Positions 1 to 64,000 of a stretch of 64,000 nucleotides of DNA are shown in pieces. Location of the stretch: the NCBI RefSeq assembly GCF_009914755.1, contig NC_060925.1; one strand, 5' to 3'. Both the position numbers and the translations under genes were made by a program. The notes under the pieces were generated by a model. It was given only the letters and a program-made list of their open reading frames with translations, searched no databases and was not told the DNA's origin. Within the stretch, counting starts at the first letter, position 1. Each line of letters opens with the position of its first letter. The DNA comes from the human T2T-CHM13v2.0 reference genome, Homo sapiens.

Positions 1-168
1 GAACACAGTCTTGGGGACTCGGGAGAAAGGGTGGGAGTGGGGCAATGGATAAAAGACTACAAATGGGGTGCAGCATATACTGCTTGGGTGATGGATGCAC
101 CAAAATCTTACAAATCACCACTAAATAACTTACTCATGTAACCAACCACCACTTGCATCCCAATAACC
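1..168 (+). mobile_element. L1 3'-end fragment (L1PB/L1MA-like)
   Basis: ggggactcggg...aaaagactac...gggtgatggatgcaccaaaatc...cttactcatgtaaccaa, typical of older L1 3' UTRs. Confidence 0.8.
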
Positions 169-489
169 TGCGTGTGGTGGGGAAGAACACGGTCAGATTG
201 TGGGCCAGTTTTCCCCTGGGCTGTTTCTCAGTGTAAAATGATGGTACAACGATAGCAGCCATCTTTGTGATGACAGCTCTCATGAGCCACAGTGTTCCAA
301 TCTGAACCAGTTGCCTTCTACGGAGTGTACATATATAATCCTGACAGACAGCCCTTCACCAAGCTCTTTGGAAGAGTCCCGTCACTGCTTCCCTGTGTTT
401 GGCTGGAAGAGCACACATCCTTCAGCAGCCCCTTGAGAAATGATATTCAGGAAGTAAATGCTTTTGAGATCTCATATATCTCCAAGTGT

Positions 490-1750
490 CTTTATTCTAC
501 CATAACCCTTGGCTTATAATTTGGCTATGTAAAGAGTTCTAGGTTGGAAATAATTTTTTGTAAGAATTCCAAAGGCACTTCTACATTATCTTCTTTCTAG
601 CTTCCAAAGATGTTGTTGAGAAGCGTGAAGACATTTTGATTCTTGATCCTTTATATGTAACAATCCGCCCCTCCGTCCCCCCTACACGCCTGCAGAATCT
701 TCGTGTGCTTGGGTGTTCTCATATCTCACAAGTAACATGCTCCGGAGTTGGTCTATTTTCATCCATTGTGCAGTGACCTTTTGACTCTGGAAATTCTATC
801 AATCAATCAGTTCTGGAAAATTCTGAATTATTTTGATGACTTCTTCCCTCCTGTTTTCTCAGGTTATTCGGCTACTGACTTTCCAGACCAGTCCTCCTAT
901 TTTCTCTTCTGTTTTCCATGTTTGTCTTTGTTGCCTCCACTTTCTTTGAGTGTGTCAACTTTAATTCCTAACTTTCCCATTGAATTTTAATTCCTGCTAC
1001 CATATTTTTTAATTTCGACAAGCTGTTTTGTTCTGTTTCTTAATAACATCTTATATATTATTATGGCTGCAGTATCTCCTCTGAGGATTTTTTTTTTGAG
1101 ACACGGTCCGGCTCTGTCACTCAGGCTGGAGTGCAGTGTCACAATCATAGTTCATTAAAGGCTTGAATTCCTGGACTCAAGGAATCCTCCTCCCTCAGCC
1201 CCCCAAGTAGCTGAGACTATAGGCGCACAACACCATGTCTGGCTAATTCTTTTATTTTTTGTAAAGATGGGGGTCTCACTACGTTGCCCAGGCTAGTCTC
1301 AAATTTCTGGGCTCAAGTTATCCTCCCACCTTGGCCTCCCAAAGTGCTGGGATTTAGACATGAGCCATCACACCCAACCTGAGGATATATTTCTTAAAAA
1401 CAATTTTTTTCTTCTTGCATCATCTATTTCTCCATAGTCTTTCCCAGATTTGTTTTACTCCTTATCTTTCACAATGTAGAACTGCCTTATCTGGTGATCC
1501 TCAACTGTCTATTCATGTTTAAAAGTCGGGAGCTAAAGCACGGTTTAGAAGCTGTGTTGGTTGCGGGGTGGTTTGTTGAGCCTCTCTGCTCTGTGTCCTG
1601 GCTTGGTCATTTGTTGGGAAACTCTCAATTTCAACAACTGTAGTAGGTCTTTTCTCTTAGGCTGGTCAGATACTCCACAACTCTTCCAATTTCCTTCTGA
1701 GAGAAGTCCGAGGGTGGGCAATGAAGAGATGGATGACAACACTCCATATG
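490..1750 (-). mobile_element. Old L1M/HAL1-like fragment interrupted by an AluJ (~1088-1379, minus)
   Basis: T-rich antisense L1-like text (ttctaggttggaaataatttt...); Alu with TSD ctgaggat. Confidence 0.55.
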
Positions 1751-1796
1751 CATTCATTCCCACAATCCCTATCTTCAACACAGAAATGTGGCTCTC

Positions 1797-2765
<969 letters not shown>

Positions 2766-2859
2766 AACACTACCTTTTGATATGTTGCAAATATTTTTTC
2801 TGAATTGGGCAGGAATCTTTTACACAATTTAATTCCTTACAAGTAGAGAAGTAAGAACA

Positions 2860-3120
2860 TTAACTCTGGAGCTGGACTATTGGGTTCAAAACCTGACTGA
2901 CAACTTTCTATAAAAAAGCTGACACTTTCAGCTATAAAACTCTGGCAAGTTATGTTATTTAACTGGTGTCTGTTACATGTCCACATATGAGAAAAACAGT
3001 AACCGCCTCCTGAGGTTTTTGTGAGGACCAAATAATTTTTATTCACATACATCTAGTTCATCTACCTAAAGTGTTCAGAACAATGTTCAGCACATATTAA
3101 GCTTGATATAACTGTTACCT
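2860..3120 (+). mobile_element. MIR overlapping the BCAS2 3' end, followed by (GAT)n at 3121-3150
   Basis: ctctggagctggact...gggttcaaa...gtgaggaccaaataa...aaagtgttcagaacaatg...cacata matches MIR core and 3' end. Confidence 0.65.
3038..3043 (-). terminator. BCAS2: Putative distal BCAS2 polyadenylation signal (AATAAA)
   Basis: tttatt on + strand about 545 nt past the stop; TGTA just upstream and a GU/U-rich tract (~2980-3003) downstream on the minus strand. Confidence 0.65.
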
Positions 3121-3212
3121 ATGATGATGACGATGATGATGATAATGATAACTGTACAGTCACTGTCTTTCTGAAGTTGTTTGGTGATCAAGAATGTGTT
3201 TAGAACTATCTC

Positions 3213-3218
3213 TTTATT
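3213..3218 (-). terminator. BCAS2: Putative proximal BCAS2 polyadenylation signal (AATAAA)
   Basis: tttatt on + strand within the 3' UTR. Confidence 0.45.
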
Positions 3219-3588
3219 AGACAAAGTCATAAACCAAAAATTTCCAACTTCCTGTACATGTTGAAAGCTTTAAATAAGGATCCTTGGATACAAAATATGG
3301 TCCACATGGCTGAAAATTAATTCTATGACACAATATTATTCTAAAGTCATCCTTATTTTGAAAGCCTAAAGATTTTCTTTTATGGCTATAAAAATACCAC
3401 CAAGCTAGACATTTTAATTCTGTTGAGATATACAAATAGAATTACCACAGCAGCCTACACCTTCTATGATTTCTAAACACTTAAACATCAATGGTTTTGG
3501 GAAGATGCTGTTGTCCTTCACAGTTCATTAAAAGTTCAGATGCCTTTTGTGAAAGCCCAACTTTTCTTCTACCTGCTAAATTGTCTTT

Positions 3589-17046
<13,458 letters not shown>

Positions 17047-17509
17047 TCTGAGGACCTCAGGTTTGCCTGCGTTTTCTGCGTCTGCGTAAACTCAGTTATA
17101 TTTAATTACGCCGGCGCCTGACACTGATGTAATCACGTTCCCTCCGTATTGACGTTAGTGCATGCTCAGTTGCTAATTTTGAAGGCGGGTCCGCCCGGTA
17201 TCTAGAAATTGCCGGGCTGGTTTGTTTTGGGCGGACGTGACGTAACGTCTTGGCTTGTCTGCGTCAGCGAAAGGCCTCAATTTCCTGTCCTCTGCTTACT
17301 GCCCCTTTTTTTGCCTGCGAATGGCGGCGATTTGAAGTTGGGGCTTTTCGTTTCCTCCAAAACATTGATATCTGGAAAGGGAGCCCCTTAACACTTTTGG
17401 AGGGAACTGGCTGCAGCATTTGGCGGGGAGAGATAAACTGGTTTCCCACCTCTGCTTACTCCCACCTTCTCCCCTTAATCTTCTCTTCCTCTGTGCGAGA
17501 CTTTTTTCC

Positions 17510-17781
<272 letters not shown>

Positions 17782-18321
17782 TCATTCCTCTTTTACTTCC
17801 TTGCTGTACCCCAACTATCCTTCCCCCTCGGTGCCCTTAAAACCTTTGCATTGGGTAAGTACATTTTTTAAAGAGACTCTAGAATTGGGCGCCAGTCTCC
17901 AATTAAAATTGTGAAGCTTTATGGTCTGCGTATCAAAAGGAACCTCAGTTCCTTAAAAATCCTGTCATTTTGCCTTTAGGACTTAACGGTAATAGAATGG
18001 CATTCCTCACTGCCTCCGAACCACTCAAGCTGCTGCCCATGCACTCTCTTCTGCATGGCTCCTGGACTAAGCAGCCTCCCTTTGATTAAGCAGGTAAAAA
18101 CCAAATAAAGTTGTCAGACTATATGCCCTGCCCAGTGTGCAGTCTAGACCCAGCCTTTGTCTGCCAAGAGCCTGGAAATGTTGACCTCCGTTATTAAGCC
18201 TGGTCAGTCTAAGACTAATTCTTATTACCGAAGTACCATTAGGTAAATGTGCTAGCTATAGATTTAAGTGACATAAAAGATCTTAAAGAATTCTCCAAGG
18301 GATCTGTGGGGGGTTTATGTA

Positions 18322-18327
18322 TTTATT
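18322..18327 (-). terminator. DENND2C: Putative DENND2C polyadenylation signal (AATAAA)
   Basis: tttatt on +; TGTA elements upstream (~18356, ~18374) and a U-rich tract downstream (~18270-18290) on the minus strand. Confidence 0.65.
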
Positions 18328-18780
18328 CATTAAAAGATCTGTAAACAACATTTTATACAAATCTTGATTCTTTTACAAAAATATCCAGAATTCCTAACAC
18401 TTTACAGAAAACACAACAGACCTAAGGAAATGAAGCAGCTTCAGGCTGCGAGGATGAAGACACCATTGCTGAAGCAAAGGTCTCCTCCTAGAGGGATAGC
18501 CAGGATCCATCACAGTAAACCCTTTTACCCCCATTTTATAAACATCCAATTATTAACTGTTCCTGCTGGGTTGGAGTGTAAGAAGAGACCAAATGGAGAG
18601 ATGTCTAGTAGAAGCCCCACTGGGGGTAACCTGCTTAACATTAAAAAAAAGACAGGCTCAGTTCTATTCCCTGGACCCACATCTGTAGGAATTATATTAT
18701 ACAGCACCAGTCTTAAATGGTGTTCTGCTTCAGATTCATGCATACCTGAATGGGTTGTAATGACAATACTGTACAAGTCA

Positions 18781-19375
<595 letters not shown>

Positions 19376-19645
19376 TTAGATATTAAAGGTCTGGATGACT
19401 AAGTGGTATATGTTCAAGGAATGTTCATATTTTGAGTCTAATTTAATTAGAGCAAAAATTTCAACATTTCTAGGGGAATAAAAAGAGTCTCATCTAGGCA
19501 CCTATAAAGTTCCTTATCCTCAGAGCTGAAAAGTGGCTCTGGTACACTTAATAGAAAATTTTTATTAATAAAAGAAATAGCTATATAATCCTACTGAGAT
19601 GAAATTTCCATCTGTAGGACTAACCAACTTTTTCTGTGTCCATAA

Positions 19646-20030
<385 letters not shown>

Positions 20031-20212
20031 TCAGTTTATTAGTAAAATGGAGATGCAAATATCTATCTCATAAGGTTGATTTAAGGATTGGTTGAGATGA
20101 TATGCATACATATACCACAGTGCATGGCACATGGTGGACACTAAAAAATAAAGGTGGCTCCCATGCCCTTGAAAGGACATTTTCATATTAGCTATAATTT
20201 CACAAAGTTTAA

Positions 20213-20356
20213 ATTTATTTACTTATTTTTAAAATGTTTTTGTAGAGATGGGATCTTGCTATGTTGCCCAGGCTAGTCTCAAACTCCCACCCTCAAACTC
20301 CTGCCTTAGCCTCCCAAAGTGGTGGAGATTACAGGTGTGAGCCACTGCATCCAGCC
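20213..20356 (-). mobile_element. FLAM-type Alu monomer in DENND2C 3' UTR
   Basis: Left-arm Alu sequence with TSD cacaaagtttaa (20201-20212 and 20359-20370). Confidence 0.85.
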
Positions 20357-21054
20357 TCCACAAAGTTTAATGTTGACATGTGAGGCACAAGCAAACTACT
20401 CAAATGCCACATAATTTGGAGGAGGAGTTGCAAGATGTCTAATTTTATAAGGTACTTAATAACAGTACCTTATAATATTACAAGTAGGGCTTCCTCCTAA
20501 GTGAGATTCCCCTAGATATAATATAAGGCAAAACAATGGAGATATGTGATGAGTCTATTCCTTAGCCCAGGTCAAACAGCCCATGGGTTTAAAGGGGCCA
20601 TGATAGTTCAGTGATGAGAATTATGTGTATAAGGCTAGTGTTCTCCATTTCCATCATGTCTCTCTACTACCTTAAACTCAGCATTTCTCTCATTATTCTC
20701 ATCTTTGAGCTATTTTTTAAATGTAACAACAACAAGGCTTTTCCTTGTGAAACACAACTACTTTCACAGACAAAGCACAAAACAGAGAATGAGCCCAAGA
20801 ATCACATAGAAAAGGCTGCTATAAAAAAAAAATGGAGACAGAGTAAAGATGGCATGGTGCCAGACCATTCCCAACAATTCTCCAGTGATTACTACAGCAG
20901 CAACAGGAGAATCCTCCTCTGACAGCCTGACTCGCTCTTTAACCTTTTAAAATTTCAAGAATTTTGTAGAATACTTCATGGGATCCTGACCCTTAGAAAA
21001 ATATTTTCTTTGGCACTTTCTGTTGTATATTCAGGATGGAGACAATCAGAGATT

Positions 21055-61433
<40,379 letters not shown>

Positions 61434-64000
61434 GTTCCCAACTGGGTGAATGACAAGTGATGAATCTTACAAAGGTTCCATTACAAGTAAATGTGAAATA
61501 TTGTATTCTTTATCCTGTCAGAATCCAAATGATTCCAGTATTTTCCCTTCATGTTTAACTTGTAAATCTCTTTGTAAAAAGAAAATTTTGATCAGTGATC
61601 CTTGTTGAAAATGGCTACAACCTGATCTTGAATAATCCTGTTAAAATGACACAAAAATATGTTAACACATTTTATAATTTCCTAATTTAAAACTCCACTA
61701 AAACATTGCCCACCTATCCCTACATAATTCATATACATTGCATATGTAAAAACATACCTGTAATCTATTAAGTAATTCAACTACATAAAGGCACTCCTAA
61801 GATGGTGAGATAATAATACTAACAAAACATTATTTGTGGTATTTTTCAGATTGTCAGCTTTAATGTTCTGCCATATTTAATTTCCTAAAGTTAGGTAGAA
61901 TGAGGTTTTAGAAGAGATTATACATAGCAGTATACAATATTTTTGTAATAAATTAATTCTTTTTTTTTTTTTTTTTTGAGACAGAGTCTCGCTCTGTCAC
62001 TAAGTCTGGAGTGCAGTGGTGGTGATCTTGGCTCACTGCAACCTCTGCCTCCTGGGTTCAAGTGATCTTCCCCCTCAGCCTCCTGAGTAGCTGTGACTAC
62101 AGGTACATGCCACCACACCCAACTAAGTTTTTGTATTTTTCGTAGAGACGGAGTTTCTCCATGTTGCCCAGGCTGGTCTTGAACTTCCTGAGTTCAAGCA
62201 ATCCACCCCCTTGGCCTCCAAAAGTGCTGGGATTACAGGCATGAGGTACCGCACCCAGGCATAAATTAATTCTTTATGAAACCTTCTCTTAATGAAACAA
62301 GGAGCATATATATACACAGAATTACATCTCAAAACCCCCCCAAAATTTATATATGTCCACAGCAAGAGCCAGTTAGCATGGAAACACACCAATAGCCAAC
62401 TTTCTCCTCCTGTCCTACGTTGATTAATAATATCAGCCCATCACATAGCCTATTTCAACTTTACTATTAGCAGCACAGGATTCCATATACACTAAAGACA
62501 ACTCAAGGTGCCCATGAACTATCAGTTGCCTTAAAATGTAATAACCTATTTGACGACTGGACTTCCCACATCTATGCTACCACACCCTTGACCCAAATCA
62601 ATACAAATACTTACAGCCACTGTCACATTCCTTCCTTTCACACAGAGGCTTCATTCAGGCCCATAAACCGTTTCCTTATATGTAAGCTTCAGCAGAAAAC
62701 TTTTCCTACCAACTGAGTGAAGACCTGATCTCAAGTTCTACTGTATACTTGTTAAAAATAGCAGTTGATTCAAAACTTCCTGAGGCAGGGATCATCCTTC
62801 CTTGAGCTTTGTCTGTGTGGCCTTGATTAACAGGCAGGAAAATATCTTAGCCCAGCTCTGTCAGTATAGCTGACCAAAACTGTTATATACAGAAAGCACA
62901 CAAAAGTGTTATTCTTGGCAGAGCAACTGCTAACTAAGAATTCCATCAACTTTTATTTAAACCATTCCTACATACAAATTTCTGGGAAAACCAGCTTTGC
63001 CAGCAAATAAACTTTGGTGATAGTCTGACGCAAAAAAAAAAATCCAAAAAACTTTAAGAAATTAAGCTCATGTGGATGAAAAAAAATAACTATACCCAAA
63101 GCCCAAAGCACCAAAACTGTTGCACAGAACTCTTGATAAAAAACTAATGCATACAATTTAAAGATCTAATCTGCTACTGTTGATTATTAAAACTGAAAAT
63201 TCTTTTCTTGCTTCTGGTATTTATAAGGAATTCCTAGGATTTTAGGGTGTCTTTGAGACTCAGGTTTTCTTCACTATAGACAAGACAGGACTTTTTTCTC
63301 CAGCTCCTGGGAAGTCCCTAGAGGTTTTTGGTGGTCCTGGTTAACCCTTTCTTTATTTTTCTCTGGTTAATGTGTCTTAAGTGTGAATGGCTCAAATTGA
63401 GAAAAAAAAATGAAAATTGTCAGGGCTAAAAAAAAATTTTAACTTGAAAATTACTAGCAACATGGCTGGGTGTGGTGGCTCATACTTGTCATCCCAGGAC
63501 TTTAGGATGCTGAGGCAGGAGCATCACTTGAGGCCAGGAGTTTGCGACCAGCCTGGGCAATATAGTGAGACTTCATCTCTACTAAATAAATAAATAAATA
63601 AATAAAATTAGCTGTGCATGGTGGCATGTACCTGTAGTCCCAGCTACAAGCTGGGAGGCTGAGGCAGGAGGACTGCTTGAGCCCAGATGTTGGAAGCTGC
63701 AGTAAGTTATGATCACAGCATTGCAATTTAGCCTGGGTGATGGAGCGAGACCCCAACTCAAAAAAAAAAAAAAAAAGGTAAAAGTCAAATGACTGGCAAC
63801 AAATGGCTAAATCTACGGAATTCACACACAAATATAAATGATGTGTACTGATGGTGTTTCAGTTGAACAGAGTAGCACAGCAGGGTAAGACTCTCCTAAA
63901 ATATGTAGGTATTTTCTTTCTCCTAAATGTATGCTTTAATACATGATAGCTTTCGAAAAATGAACTATTTCAAAAATAAAAGCACTTTAATGAATTTTAA

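Overview
Alu-rich primate (human or great-ape) genomic DNA matching the BCAS2-DENND2C locus (human 1p13.2, by recognition of the proteins). Both genes lie on the minus strand. BCAS2/SPF27, a Prp19-CDC5L spliceosome subunit, is complete: 7 coding exons, 678 nt, 225 aa. All 18 coding exons of DENND2C, a DENN-domain Rab GEF, are present (2787 nt, 928 aa); its promoter and upstream non-coding exons were not found and probably lie to the right of the window. I reconstructed every exon by hand from GT-AG boundaries and both CDSs close in frame. The putative DENND2C poly(A) site is only about 1.2 kb upstream of the CpG-rich BCAS2 promoter. The rest is intronic or intergenic: roughly 60 Alu copies or fragments plus L1, L2, MIR, MaLR LTRs and DNA-transposon relics. 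Most short ORFs in the track are repeat artefacts. I see no new multi-gene system. The best leads are: three templated-insertion or template-switch scars; stop-start (TAATG) coupled uORFs in DENND2C, the second in frame with the CDS; an inverted Alu pair and antiparallel ORFs in the DENND2C 3' UTR; a possible divergent transcript from the BCAS2 promoter; a frameshifting tandem donor; a NAGNAG acceptor; a duplicated branch-point region; and an intronic CTCF-like site. Repeat subfamily names and repeat edges are by eye and approximate.
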